63,730 nucleotides of DNA, filler included, from Octopus bimaculoides (GCF_001194135.2; 9 parts of 9 records of this genome joined end to end with filler, not necessarily neighbours in it), one strand, 5' to 3'. Shown: positions 39,714 to 53,674, counted from the first letter of the whole stretch. Translations and numbers: made by a program. The notes: a model not told the origin generated them from the sequence alone.

Positions 39714-41057
39714 TCACACACACACACACACACATACATACATACGCGCGCGCGCACATATATATATATACCTGATTAATATCGTATACGTACGTACTTA
39801 TGTACGCATTTATGAATGTGTAAGTGTATGCAGGTTCATATATATATAATTAAATACTTTACGTGTATATATGTGTGTGTGTGGATGTGTGTGCGTGCGT
39901 ATGCACATGCTTGTGTATATGTGTGTAAATGTTTGTGTGTCTCTATGCATCGATGTATCCCTGCATGTGAGGAAATTCATTACATACTTGAATTTCATTT
40001 CAGTTTAGTTTTGTAATTTATTTCAATGGGTCTAGAACAAAGCCAATACAACAACAAAAACATCACATAAAAAGGAATTACTCGTAAGACAAAAACGGAT
40101 AAAAGACATTTGAAGTGGATGGCGCTAATATTGTAAACACACACTCACACACGCTATTCTTTTATCTTCTCTTAACATGTTCTATGTGATTTGACGAACA
40201 AAAGCAAGGCGGCGAAAGACAGACATATCGACGGAGTGAATATTTACTATCAGGAGATTTTGGAGACGTTGAGAAACAATGTCAAAGAGTGAATGAGACA
40301 AAGACAGTGTTAAAGAACGAGTGAGGCAATGAGAAAACGAAGGAAAGATGATAAGACACTATGAGAAAAACGAAGCCGGAGATCACAAGAACAATGGAGA
40401 GTAGGAGAAAATGCGAGAAAGACAAGGGAGAAAATGCAGGATTGGATATTATAGCTGAATACATTTGGAGAGAGAAAGAGACTGACAGAGAGAGAGAGAG
40501 GGGGGGCAGAGAGACAAACAAAAGCAGAAACAGACAAACAGACATATATACAGATAAATAGGGTGTCATTCGAATGCGTGTGTGAGCGCATGGGACATTT
40601 TACAAATAGGAAAATTTCATAGAGGATTAAGTCAGAGTAGGTATAATAGAGAGGGGAGGGATAGTAGATGGATGAGAAATATAGAGGGATACAATTAGAC
40701 AGAGAAACAACATATGTTTGTGATATCAAGATACGTTTGAATGAGGAAAGTGTTATAAGAGTGAGACGCCGAGAATAATTAGAAGCATTATGCAGAATCG
40801 CTGGAGGAATGGGGGTGGGTATTTAAAGTACCGAATCAACACAAAGAAAGATGAAATATAAAAGAAAGATGTGGTAAATGTAAAAGGAAAGCAATGTCGA
40901 TGATACGCCATCTAGATAAAGAAGTTTGAATATCTGATTATTTTCTCTCATTCAAATTCCTCCTTACCTCTCGCCACTCTTTCTTGCCCTCTCTCTCACT
41001 CTATTTATCAGTCTATCTATCTATTTATCTATCAATCAATCAATCAATGTATCTATA

Positions 41058-41104
<47 letters not shown>

Positions 41105-41770
41105 TCATCTATCTATCTGTCTATCTACCTATCTATCCATCAGTGTACCACTTAGGAAAGTGAATGCACGTTTTCTATTAATCAGGAATTACATTATATA
41201 TTGTGTGTATGTATGGAAGTATACACGTATTGTTACACATACATGCATACAAACACATTCAGATATACACACACACTTATATATTGTATGCATGTATATA
41301 TAAATATATACACACTATAATTGTTGTTGTTTTTTATTGTTAAAAATAATGTTGTTGACAGTGGCTTCAAATTTTCTAAGAGATAAGCAATCATTAAAAT
41401 CAAACATTAACACACACACACATGCGCACACGCACACAAGTATATATATGCAGCATGATATAGCTATAGATATAAATAATTCTTAAATAAATACGTAAAC
41501 ATACATGGATACACGCGTACACTCACAAACTGATACATATACAAACACTCATATAGAAATTCTTAATAATACACGACATCTTGTTCTCTTTACAGTAATA
41601 TTTCATCAGAGAAAAACGAATATTAATGCAGCACCACATTTAACACTTAAAAGAAAAGGAATAATAGTATGTAATGTATATCTATCTTCTACTTCATCAA
41701 TGTATTCGACTGGCAAGATTGAGCTGAAGAGAACAGGTCAGCAGGCTGAATTTCCACCCCGCTTTGGTAC

Positions 41771-41935
41771 ATAGCTGCAGTATAAGAATTTCTGTGACAT
41801 AACAAGAGTGCTTCCCAACTACACGTTTCTAGATTCAGTTCACTGCAAGGCTCTTTGGGTAAGTGATTTCTACTATAGCCCCAGGCTGATCAAAGCCTTG
41901 CGAGTGGATTTAGTACATGGAAATTGAATGAAGCC
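41771..41935 (+). mobile_element. SINE family A 5' half, degenerate
   Basis: gcttcccaac..ttcagtt.cactgc..ttgggtaagtg..tactatagcc..caaagccttgcgagtggattt. Confidence 0.7.
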
Positions 41936-41974
41936 TTGGTGTGTGTCAGTTTGCCACATGAAATAATCCTTTTT

Positions 41975-42182
41975 TTTTCTATAGATATAAGCCCTGAAAT
42001 ATTATGGGAGGATACTAGTCAAGTTCATCGACCTCAGATTTTGGTGATACTAATTTTATCAACCCCAGAAGGATAGAAAGTGGAGTAAACCTCGACGGAA
42101 TTTGAACTTAGAAGGTAACAAACAGGAAGAAATACCACTAGCATTCTGTTCGGCGAGTTTACGTTTCTGCAGGTCAGTTCAC
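41975..42182 (-). mobile_element. SINE family B, degenerate
   Basis: ttttatcaaccccagaaggat..aacctcgacggaatttgaactta..gaaataccactagcatt. Confidence 0.7.
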
Positions 42183-42187
42183 AGTTC

Positions 42188-42201
42188 ATAATAATAACAA
42201 C

Positions 42202-42298
<97 letters not shown>

Positions 42299-44174
42299 TC
42301 TTTATTGTCCACCAGGGCCGAATACAAAACATAGATGACGATACAGACGAGACACAGAGAGGTTAAACGTGAAAACAGCAAACAAACACAACGATTAACA
42401 AACATATTGATTCGACAATATGCTTCCCCAATAGGAAGGGTTGTTTAATCGTACGATGACCAAAGCGACCTCACGCACTTTGGGCCCCTTAACACCAACG
42501 GCTCTTTAAAGAAGGCACACTCTGTTTCTTCTCATCTCTATCCGGCGTACAGGCCCCTTCACGCGAGCCGTTCTTGTCACATTCACCCACCTTTCAACGA
42601 AATTACTGGGTGACAGTACCTCCCTCTCCAGCCTCACTTTCCTTTTCACTTTCCTTGGCCAGGAGAAAGATGCTCGTCTTCAACCATTTCAATCGCATCC
42701 ACCACACAACCGCTTTTGCCATAGCCAACAGACACAGAAAATTGCCCTCCCTTCCCGGCCAAAAGAATGAGGCGAAGCGATATTCACAATGAACTTGAAA
42801 GATAGCCAGATCCGTCCTCTACATGACAATAACTTCTAGACAAATTCAGCAATTCACGGACTATATACGAGAGCATGCAGGACGGTGTCATCGCTCCACA
42901 CACTTCTCAGACAAACCTGTGCCGGTAGAGCTTATTTCGACAGCACTGACAGGCCGGGGATTTCTGAAAGTCATCCATAGTTCCCTGCCCGAAAGTTCTC
43001 TGGAAGTGATTAACCGGGTGATCCCCCTTGATGCCCAGCACCTCTCCGAGTACTTCGTTGCTCTTATCTCCACTAATCCCCTGTATTTCGAAGGTGGAAA
43101 TTTCAACGCCTACATTGCACGACTGGTCGAGGGCTGTGAGTACCTGATCCAGGACTGTGGCTCCGACAAGGAGACGAGTTGCGGAAAAGCGCGTTCAAAA
43201 ACAGCGAACACACTTGCTCAACATTATGGCATCGCCGTAGATGACGCAGCCACACTACATGTCTGTGCATCCTCAGTTTACAACATGCCCAGTCCTCCAT
43301 GCAACAGGTGCTGGCAGGTGGTATTATGTGACGGACGCAATTTTACGCATTCGCCACCTCTTCCCAACCTCGGTCCATTTCTGGGTGAGACTGGCCGCCT
43401 AGTCTGTAACTTCACCGCAGTTCTTGTTCAGTTGGAGATCGTGGCCGAAACAGACCCCAAGCAACTTAGGTCATTCCGTCCAGCGCCCCACCATGCTGTC
43501 GGTTGGTATGGAACGTCCTCTCCAGGTGCCGAGCTACAGGCCCACTGACTTCTCCTGGCAGGTCATTGCTCTTGTTGCTGTTTGTTTTTGCTGTGTTCTG
43601 GTTCTATGGGCAGAAAAACCGTAAGTGACCCATTGAAACACAAGCATGGCATCTCGGCCTGCTGCGCTCTATACTCACTCTTAGGTTTACTCCATTCAAG
43701 ATACAAATCAGGTCTGGGAGTTTCTCTAACTGTTCAGGCTTCACAGGGCGAAGAACCGCAAAGGTAGTCCTAACCCAATCCTCCCTCCTTGATCTTTTAA
43801 CAGCCAGGAGATTCTCTCCCCCTTCCGTACAAATTCAAGCTAGAATCCACCATGAATCCAGGCCTGGTGAGACTCCAGCTACTGTAATTCGCACAGCTCT
43901 TCTTAGCCTGTTGAGAAGGGGGTGATTTTCTCGGTGCGACGCGTGGTCACCGAGCTCTGTATTGCCTGACCCTCGGTCTTAAAGAGGATCTTTACACTGG
44001 TGTACTGCCTCACATTCGCAATGTGGTTGATGTTCTGTCATATGTCTTTCAAAGTTTTTTCCATCTAGTTGCGTCTAGCATGTTTTAGTTTCCTTCTCTT
44101 TGTGTTCACGCATCTGTAGACAACTGAAAATGGATGTCAACACTTTGGGTGTTTAAAGTGACTGAGCGGAGACT
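42188..44174 (-). mobile_element. L1/Tx1-type LINE with internal deletion (ORF1 joined to ORF2 C-terminus), AATAAA + (ATT)n tail
   Basis: Minus strand: ORF1-like PLLNRLRRAVRITVAGVSP...EKLPDLICILNGVNLRVSIERSRPRCHACVSMGHLRFFCP (CX2CX4HX4C at 43610-43651). Then KSVGL*LGTWRG..VGRWTE*PKLLGV, HGGLGM, RHVVWLRHL, DDTVLHAL (post-RT and Zn-finger region). Ends ccctggtggacAATAAAgaaagtattatt. Confidence 0.8.
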
Positions 44175-46186
44175 AGTAGATCATGCTAATGCTTTTAAGA
44201 GAAGAGGGTAGATGGCAGAATTCAAGCTGGAAGAAATCACAAGATAACTGGGAAAGAACGACCAGCCTGTAGGAAAGACAAACAACAACATAAGAGATAC
44301 GGCTCAAACCAAAGAAGAACCTAGAAGAAAATAATAGTACTACCAATAAGGAACGGACAACTGGCACCAGCGATTTGATTTCAGTGAAGATCAGAAGATT
44401 TTAAGTAAAGAAGTAAGAACAAAGATTGTCAGCATTAAAATGTGCCAACAGAAGGAAGCTACTAGATATGACTAATTGACACAGGAAAGGTTAATATCAA
44501 GAGAGGAATTTTCCTAGGAGACTCATTATCCCCTTTCATATTCGTCGTATGTTTGACCTCCCCTACCTCAGTTTCGTATTAAGGCAAAGGCAGGGTATCA
44601 GTTCAGAAATAGTACTAACAATTTGCTCTCCATGGATAATAACAATTTGCTCTCCATGGATAATAACATTTTGCTCTACATGGATAATCTGAAGCGTATT
44701 AGTAAGAATGAAAAAGCGATATATTCCTTAATAATGAAAATATGTTTCTTCAGCAAAGATATAGGCATGGTATTTGGCATAGATAAGTGTGCAGTATCAG
44801 TCATGAAAAGGGAACAGGTGGTAAACAGAGAAAGCATCCAATTACCAGATGGTCGGGAATTAAAGTAGGAGAGAGTTATAAGTATATAAGGGGATTAGAA
44901 TCTGACAGATTACTAACTATAGAAACGAAAACGGCAATTGAGATGGAGTACATCAAAAGGGTAAGTAAGCCAATGAAATCAAAGCTAAATGGTCAGAATA
45001 TAGTGAAGGCTGTAAATACATGGGAACTATCTTTACTTAGACACTCAGCTGCTTTTGTAGATTGGACAAAAACTGACTTAGCAAGGCTAGACGGAAGAAC
45101 TAGGAAGGTATCCAATATGAATGGAGGACTCCATCCATGGGTAGGATTAGCAATTTCATACATATCTAGAAAGGAATGACGAAGAGGGCTATTATCAGTA
45201 GAAGACTGCCTGGAGTTAGCTAGAGTAATTATAGACTCCTATGTACGTTAGAGGAAAGAAAGTTTAAGAGCTGCTAGAAACATAGCAAGACAGGGAAACC
45301 AGCAAATCAAACGAAGTTAAAAACCAGTCAGATAACAAAATTTATCTGATTGGTAGGAGAAGGCTTTGCTTGGTAGGGTCCCGAAGATAGCTACAGCAAA
45401 TAGTAGTAGTGAGACATGACCATATTTGCAGAAAATAAAGCTGAAAAGCGAGACAGAGATTTTGTTTGTAGCTGCACAGGATTGAACATTAAGGTATGAT
45501 TGGATAAAGTTCAAGATAGACAAAAACCATGTTGATTTTCAATGTAGCTTATGCAAATCAAAAGAGGAAAGTGTTATATAGTAAGTGAACGTTGCCTGCT
45601 GGCATAAAAACAACACAAGAAAATACATGACAACCTAGGGATAGTAATCCACTGGAAGTTATGTAGAAAGCTAGGATTTGAACATACTGAGAATGGTATG
45701 AATTTGAACCTAGTGAAGTACTACAAAGTAAGAAATATAAAATGTGGGACTTTAACATTCAAACTGAGAGTGTAATAATAGTTAGAAGACCTGATTTAGT
45801 AGTAGTAGACAAAGAGAATAGAAAGCGCCAGATAATTGACTTTACAGTCCCAAATAATGAAAAAAAAATCTATATGAGAGGTATAGAAAAAAATAACAAA
45901 GTACCATGATCTAGCCATTGAATTACAGAGACTATAGGAAGCGCGAGTAAAATGTATCCCAGTAGCTATAGGCGCATTAAGAAATATACCTAAAGATTTG
46001 AACAGGTGGATAGAGGAAATAGGGATTAAAAAAAAACCGTTTAGTACAGGTCCAGAACACAGTGTTATTAGAGACAGCTAGGATACTTTGGAGGGTTACT
46101 GGTTCTAGCCCGATGTTAAGAATTATTTTTTCCAACAGTCTAAGATGTTCTGTGTAAATAAATGAAGATAATAACAACAATAATCA

Positions 46187-46190
<4 letters not shown>
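44175..46190 (+). mobile_element. R4/Dong-type LINE (RT + knuckle + REL), pseudogenised, ending in degenerate (AAT)n then (AGT)n
   Basis: RGIFLGDSLSP (RT motif), LLYMDNLK (YMDD-derived), FGIDKCA, YKY, KSKLNGQNIVKAVNTW, RRGLLSVEDC, CSLCKSKEES, RRPDLVVVDKENRKRQIIDFTVP. Confidence 0.85.
44617..44688 (+). repeat. In-frame 24-nt tandem triplication over the RT catalytic motif
   Basis: aacaatttgctctccatggataat x2 + aacattttgctctacatggataat. Confidence 0.95.
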
Positions 46191-46248
<58 letters not shown>

Positions 46249-46620
46249 ATTAGCGTAATAGAAGCGTATACAAAATTATTCTAATTAAACCAAGTAAACA
46301 ATACCTAATTCAGTAGATTGTCCACAAGGAAATACATTTCTATATGAAGGATATCATAAAATTCACGATCAAGAGAAATTGAATAAGGTAGCAAACATTA
46401 TTTATGATTTATACTTGAATATACTTTATGTGCATTTCCTATCAAACAGGGCACCGATCAATTTCTTTATGTGCACCGATCAACTTCTAGCCGCTTATAA
46501 CAAAATGCAAATTAATCGTTGCCATCATTGTTGTCTTGTAATCCAATGAACTGGTATAAATTGCTATCTGCGACAATATTTACAATAAATGGATATTTGT
46601 CGTCATCTTGTTTCTTGTTA

Positions 46621-46664
46621 ACACAACGTTTCGGTTGATATACCCTCCAGCCTTCATCAGGTAT
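46621..46664 (-). ncRNA. Minimal type I hammerhead ribozyme in left pLTR
   Basis: Minus strand: atac-CTGATGA-A-GGCTG-gagggtatat-CAACC-GAA-ACGT-T-gtgt. Intact core, one stem II mismatch, ACGT palindrome, GUU site. Confidence 0.75.
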
Positions 46665-46765
46665 GTTGTGGAAATTTCGAACCTGGGTTCTCATTCCTAA
46701 GGTATGTTTCGATGTTCTTCTTCTTCTTCTTCTTCTTCTTCTTCTTCTTCTTCTTCTTCTTCTCC

Positions 46766-46896
<131 letters not shown>

Positions 46897-46898
46897 CA

Positions 46899-46970
46899 GG
46901 TCACTGCTTGGAAACGAACTCGCAATTTTGGAGTCAGTAGCCCGTGCTCCTAACCACTACTCCCGTAGGC
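46899..46970 (-). promoter_or_regulatory. tRNA-like segment (Pol III A/B-box-like) in left pLTR
   Basis: Minus strand: gggagtagtggttaggagcacgggctactgactccaaaattgcgagttcgtttccaagcagtgacc; homologous to 47596-47667. Confidence 0.55.
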
Positions 46971-47595
46971 AAATATGGAGTGAATTTTAGGGCTTATAAA
47001 TCTAATAATTCCCTTTTCTTCCTTAATACCGGTTCCCATATGCTACTCATATTTACACTCGGTCTGCTTAGTAGGTTGTTGTGTCCTAGCATGTGTGCTG
47101 CTTCTTTTAGTTTCGTATTTTCCAGTGGTGTTCTCTGTCTATTATTTTAACTTCATCCCACAGGGGGAGGTGATCTCCATGTTTCCATGCATGATCAACT
47201 ATACCCGATTTATCAATATCTCCTCATGTCACAGCTTTGCGATGTTCCTCTACCCTTATTTTGAGGGGGTGACATGTTTCGCCTTTGTATAACCTACAAA
47301 AGCTGCATGGAATGTAGTACACGCATTTTTTCGTCATATTCTTTTCTATTAGTGGTTTTACTTGAAGGAGATAGTTGCGAAGTGTTATATCGTCCTTGAA
47401 TACTGTCCTGATGTCATACGGGCCGCATACCACTGGAAATTACGACAACTAAAAGCAGCAGTACATATGCTAGGACACAACAACCTCCTAAGTAGGCCGA
47501 ATGCAGATATGAATAGCTTATGGGAATCGGTATTAAGGAAAGATAGAAAACATATAGATTTTTAAGCCCTAAAATTCACTACATGATTGCCCACG

Positions 47596-47667
47596 GGCAT
47601 ATGGCGTAGTGGATAATAGCGGGGGCTACTAGCACCAAGATTCAGAGTTCGATTTCAGGCAGTGACC
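47596..47667 (+). promoter_or_regulatory. tRNA-like segment with A-box and B-box-like motifs in right pLTR
   Basis: TGGCGTAGTGG (47602-47612) fits the A-box TRGCNNARYGG; GTTCGATTT (47647-47655) is B-box-like; spacing is tRNA-like. Confidence 0.65.
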
Positions 47668-47784
47668 TTAATAATAATAATAATAATAATAAAATGAATA
47701 ATAATAAGAAGAACAACAATATTGATAATAATAATAATGACAACAACATCGAAAAATACCTTAGGAATGAGAAATTTCCCCAAC

Positions 47785-47824
47785 ATACCTGATGAAAGCT
47801 GGAGGGTATATCAGCTGAAAAGTT
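47785..47824 (+). ncRNA. Hammerhead motif in right pLTR, 3' stem I strand deleted (likely inactive)
   Basis: atac-CTGATGA-A-AGCTG-gagggtatat-CAGCT-GAAA-agtt-aacaag; lacks the gtgtt present in the left copy. Confidence 0.7.
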
Positions 47825-48748
47825 AACAAGAAACAAGATGAAGACAAATATCCGTCAAATGTATATAATGTCCATAATTCTCATATCTTATATATAGAAC
47901 TGTTTTCTGCGAGGCCAACGTATTTTACAAGTCTTAGAAAATCTTAGTGCCATACAACCTCAATGTTAAATTCGATAGTAAGTTTGTATTTGTATATCAA
48001 GATATATTGAATTAAAGGCGTCAATGTTAGAAAACGCAGCGCGCAGAACAAAATGAGTGTAATAATTTTGACCAAACAATATCCGGATTTACTTTGTATT
48101 TAAAACATACAGGTTCTATCACATACGTCATTTATATACTGACGCCAAACTCACTCCATATTTACGTAACTATCGTCATAAAATCTGTAACTTTATAATA
48201 ATTCACTTATTCACATGTATTCTTTTATAATAAAATTTATGTCCCTCGCTTTAGAAAAAAATATCGTTGACTATGATTTTTTTCCCCACCCGCAAATCGC
48301 AGATGTCTCATGGTGTAACTGCAATGCCCAAGACTTGTTTGACTCCATATAGAGCAGCCTACTCTGTTGCAATGATTCAAGATGATGTCTCTTATATTCA
48401 CCACTGTACATTCCATTACGCGTAATTTTATCTCAGTAAATATATTGCATGTAATTTTATAGCCTCTTAATTCTATCGGCAAAAATTTACGTCATGAATG
48501 AAAACATTGTCCGCAAATTTTTTGCCACGATAAATTCATCGTGGCTATATTCATCATCATGCTTTTTAACTGCAGCGTAAATATATAGCTAATGCCTTTA
48601 TTCACGGAGTAAATACGTCGCATTTCATTATAAACGAAATAGTAAATCAAAGACAAAAAAGTTATATCATATTGCCTCGAAAAAATAAATACATAAAGGT
48701 TAATACTAATTTAAATTGTAGGAACGAAGAAATATTCTAAAAAGAACA

Positions 48749-49010
48749 AGTTATGTGCAACGCATTTTAAATATTCTAGTATTTGCAATTTTGATATTCA
48801 TAGATGACGCATTGAATTCTTACTGTTCGACTGCACTATCTTTATATTTCTTTTAGAAATGCAGAATTTCTGCTCTGGCGATATGCTGTTCGATTATTAC
48901 TTCGCTTCTGGATTCTTTCTTTTTCAAGATTTCTAAAACTTTCCAGATGGCAGGATCAACATATTTGTATTGGAATTTCTTTGTCATTGTTAATGAAATG
49001 CCACGCATTT
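48749..49010 (-). mobile_element. MULE (Mutator-like) transposase C-terminal remnant
   Basis: Minus strand with frameshifts: NAWH / DPAIWKVLEILKKKESRSEVIIEQHIA..KKYKD / EYLKCVAHN, resembling the WH..HP.IW.F...LK.E...KKY..YL..IAHN pattern. Confidence 0.55.
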
Positions 49011-49419
49011 ACTCTGCGAATAATAACCTTGCATAAAGTTGAAAAGGTATTTACTCTGCAGATAAAAAGCATGATAATGGATATACGTACGATGTGTTAG
49101 GTATGGTCATAAAATAACTAACGATTTATTGCCTCGCCTTGTGATTATCAGTCAATTGAATGTCAGGCGAATTTATTGTGATGGATTTGCAGTAAACTAT
49201 TCGATCTTCGTCTCCGGTTTGAACATAGCTCTTCCTTTAACTTAACCAGACACACTAGCCATGCAAAGTTCATTGTCACTGCCTTCTACTCCGATGCATG
49301 AAAAAAAGGATAAATTTAAAGAAAAAGAAAAAAAAGTACTGGCAATACACTATTGGTGGTACATTATGGTATGACCAAAATATTTCTTTCAAATATTGGT
49401 ACAAGACCATCAGTTTTAA

Positions 49420-49654
49420 GAGGATGGGGAAATCCAATACATTGACAGAAGTAATGATATGTCATTCATTTTATCGACCGTAAAAGGACGAAACACATTT
49501 TCTACCTTAGGCACAAAATCTGAAATTTTATAAGACACTGAATGGATGAATATAACGTTGACTTCTGCAGAATTAGAAACCAGAAACACAAGACGGACAA
49601 AATACTAGTGAGCATCTTTTCCGACGTGCCGAATATTCCTTCAGCACGCCGCCT
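49420..49654 (-). mobile_element. Degenerate SINE family B fragments
   Basis: ttttatcgaccgtaaaaggacgaaa; tttctaccttaggcacaa..gttgacttctgcagaatt..agcacgccgcct. Confidence 0.6.
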
Positions 49655-51529
49655 GTTGTACCACCAAAATTGTGACAAATACTGAGTGGTTCAATTCATT
49701 GCCCACACCACATGGAATATATATCTTAATTGATTATCTTGTAATATATGTTTGTTATTTAGTCCAGGTTTAGCTACTACACTTTGGGAACAGCAAGATT
49801 CATAGCATTTGTTTACGATTTTAATGGCTTCTCGAAGTTGAGATAAAACGTAACATAGATTTGCATCTCGATGAAACACGAAAGAAAATAATAAATTGGT
49901 AATAGAAATTTAAAACAATATGGATCTTACAAGCTCCGTGTCTGGAGAATTCTGTAAATTTTGCATAATGGTGAATGAAACGGATTTGCCGAGTTCTCTT
50001 ATCTTAAAAAACAATACGCTCTCAATTATAATGTTTTATATAAAGACACTGAATTATGCTAAATTTTTACGTACATTTTTTTATAAAATTGAAAACACAT
50101 TTACTTATTTTCAATCTGTTGAAGCTCAACAACATTCTGCTAACTCAAAAACAAAGGGAAACATATTTATCAAGCATCGGTTATTAATGAAACATGATTT
50201 GATTTCGTCTACATTATGCACTCAGAATATGTATGCATATTGTATGAAATTTGCATTTTCTGTTTATGATATTCGAGTAAATATATCTACGTTTGAAACG
50301 GGAAATAAACAGCGTTATCTGTTTTAAAAAATGGAATACAACAGCAAACAATCAAATCTGTAACATAGATAGTCGTCCCATTGCCGACTTTTTTTCTACA
50401 ATTTAGAGTTAGTTATAGAATTAACGTTACAGTAAAGTAGCTAGGGTTTTACACACACACACACACATACACACACACACACCCACACACACAAACACAC
50501 ACACCATATACACACTCATTTATATACATATCCACATTTTCGATACGCGTAAGTGTACTTGAGAGAACGCGTTGATGAATGTGTAAATATGTGAGCATAT
50601 GAACAAACAGACATATATGCATGTGTGTAAGTATGTGTGTCTATATGCATATGCATGCATACATACATATATATATATACATAGTACATACATACGCATA
50701 TAGGTGCTCTGTAGGCGAATGTCAGGAAGTTCGATTCACAATCACGAGGTTCCGCTTTCGACTCGTTGTGTAATATTCGCTAAATATAATCTATATTGCA
50801 TCAAATCAACACACATAATGTGGATACCTGTTGAACAGATCGTGCCTTTAACTAAAAGATCCACGCATTACCTATTGAACCACGCTAACTCCTTCAGAAT
50901 ATCACATTCTATTCATCGTCCAAGTCTTTAGAATACTGCATATATTTCATTGTGTTCTTTCATGATCTTGGTAGTTTAGTTTATCGAACATATGAACACT
51001 GTTGGTCGGAAATTATGCAGCTAATCCATATTTATTCTTGCATGATATATAAAGAGATAAAACGTGCGTGGGTGTACAAGGGAACCTGGACATATGTATA
51101 TATATATATAGAAAGGGTCCTCTGTAGAGAATAACGACACTCAGATGGTAACAATCGTTACTTTTCAGGATATATATATATATATATATGGGAGGGCACT
51201 ACAGTGATTATTTATCTTTTTCTCATTTTTGGTTGATTTCTTCAGAGTGGAGAATAGTTTTGGCAGTTACTTCGAAGTATCGAATGGCTTAGCCTCCGAA
51301 GTCACTGTTCATACAATTCTTGTCAAAAAGTAGTACATATGTGCTTTATAAAAAAAACATTGAGCAATCATTTAGTTTAATACAACATCGTTTTTAGCAT
51401 AACGCGACAAAACAACAAACATTATGCAGATACAGAGACGTACGCACACACACACACACACACACGCACACATATATATATATACGTACATACATACGTA
51501 CACACACACTCTCTCACACACACATATAA

Positions 51530-51573
<44 letters not shown>

Positions 51574-51703
51574 ATCTAAACATATATACATACATACATA
51601 TATNNNNNNNNNNNNNNNNNNNNNNNNNNNNNNNNNNNNNNNNNNNNTTAATTAATTAANNNNNNNNNNNNNNNNNNNNNNNNNNNNNNNNNNNNNNNNN
51701 NNN

Positions 51704-51763
<60 letters not shown>

Positions 51764-51764
51764 A

Positions 51765-51928
51765 GACGGGCTTCATTCCGTTTCCTTCTATCAAATCCAC
51801 TCACAAGGCTTTGGCCGGTCCGAGGCTACAGCAGAAAACACTTGCCTAAGGTGTCACGCAGTGGGACTGAGCCCAGAATCATGTGAACGCCAAGAAAGTT
51901 TCTTACCACACAGCCATGCCTGCACCTA
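51765..51928 (-). mobile_element. SINE family A 5' half
   Basis: gacgggcttc..caaatccactcacaaggctttgg..cgcagtgggactga..ttaccacacagcca. Confidence 0.85.
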
Positions 51929-52566
51929 GATCGACTATCTTTTATTTTATCAACTCCAGAAAAATGTAGAAATCGAACTGCGCATAATTTAAACTTAGTA
52001 CGTTAAGTGTCGAAGGTAACAAACAGTGCAATGCATTTTGCTTGACGCTCTATCGATTCTCTCAATATACAGACATTTATGCTTAAAATGTATAGATACA
52101 ACTGTAGACATGTGAAACAATAATAACTACTGAGTCAGAAAGAGATTTTGCCTTTCAGTCAATATATGAAAAAAAAATTATACGAAATCCAATTAGCAAA
52201 CGCATCCTCGCTACATACCATAAATATTGGATTTTCGAAGATTGTGAATACGTAGCTTCGGGTATTTGTCAAAAGGAAGAGTGTATTAATGAGAGATGTA
52301 TGTATAAGAGCTTGATAAGTGTCATGGACGAAACTATCAGCCCTAGAGTCACTTTGCAACTTTTCTGGTTAAGAATTTTATATGTGTGTGTGTGTGTGTG
52401 TGTNNNNNNNNNNNNNNNNNNNNNNNNNNNNNNNNNNNNNNNNNNNNNNNNNNNNNNNNNNNNNNNNNNNNNNNNNNNNNNNNNNNNNNNNNNNNNNNNN
52501 NNNNNNNNNNNNNNNNNNNNNNNNNNNNATATCTATTCTTTTCTTTTATTCTTTTACAATATGCAT

Positions 52567-52611
<45 letters not shown>

Positions 52612-52640
52612 ATACATATATAATTTAGAGAAAAACCAAC

Positions 52641-53051
52641 TCTTTACTCTTTTACTTGTTTCAGTCATTTGCCACTGTGGCCATGCTGGAGCACCACCTT
52701 TAGTCGAGCAAATCGACCCCAGGACTTAATCTTTGTAAGCCTACTACTTATTCTATCTTCCCTTTTGCCGAACCGCTAAGTTACGGGGACGTAAACACAC
52801 CACCATCGATTGTCAAGTGATGTTGGGGGACAAACACAGACACACAAACACATACACACACACATATACACATATATATATACATATATACGACGGGCTT
52901 CTTTCAGTTTCCGTCTACCAAATCCACTCACAAGGCTTTGGTCGGCCCGAGGATATAGTAGAAGGTGCCCAAGGTGCCACGCAGTGGGACTGAACCTGGA
53001 CCATGTGGTTCGTAAGCAAGCTACTTACCACACAGCCACTCCTACGTCTAT
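52641..53051 (-). mobile_element. SINE family A, full length
   Basis: Complete head, central microsatellite and (CTTTTA)-type tail in reverse orientation. Confidence 0.95.
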
Positions 53052-53482
53052 TAACAAATTCAACAATGAAAACCGTCATTCAAAACTTCTAGAAAAACAA
53101 ATATACCACAAAAACCCTATTCCCAAAATCAATAAATTACACAATCAATAAATAGTAAATAACATTAAAGGACTACGCGCGTTTCGTGGCTATATTTAAA
53201 ATAAATTCGATTCAATCTAAAAATATAGTCACTCTTCAGATCTAAAACAAATCATAAGCATAATGAAAATAATAATAATAAAATCAATGTACGTATCTAA
53301 TCTTATAATCAAATAAATATAGAATAATACTTGTGAAATATATATATTGTGACTGAGGGTGCTGAAGCACCTATATTGCACGAAATAAGAGTTAAAAAAT
53401 GTTATAGCGTGAAGAAGCACGCAACATATATACACTGACAGGGAAGATAACCGTCCAATGAGCATCTCTAGGATCACTAGAC

Positions 53483-53523
53483 CAAGACTCCTTTCATCTA
53501 CAAGTTGTTGGTTCACCAGTAGT
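53483..53523 (-). ncRNA. Degenerate hammerhead in the left arm
   Basis: Minus strand: acta-CTGGTGA-accaacaacttgtagat-GAAA-ggagt-c-ttggt. A6G substitution, broken stems; positionally homologous to 53675-53716. Confidence 0.55.
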
Positions 53524-53674
53524 GACTCAAGATTTTTTTCCTTTATAGAATTATATTGCGCCTCACTGTTTATATTAATTTTTAATATATGCATTAGCAT
53601 TTCACGAAATCAGTCATAAATTTTTGATAAAAATATATATAATGACAGCCGAACCATCAAGCGTTTGAGTAATC

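Noticed and set aside
42823-43548. 241-aa + strand ORF as a host gene
   Set aside because: It is the antisense frame of the L1/Tx1 ORF2 remnant, whose motifs are on the minus strand
43843-43860. WIHGGF (carboxylesterase oxyanion-hole-like motif) on the minus strand
   Set aside because: It is on the wrong strand relative to the 62296 exon, is followed by a stop, and lies in an alternative frame of the LINE ORF1; coincidence
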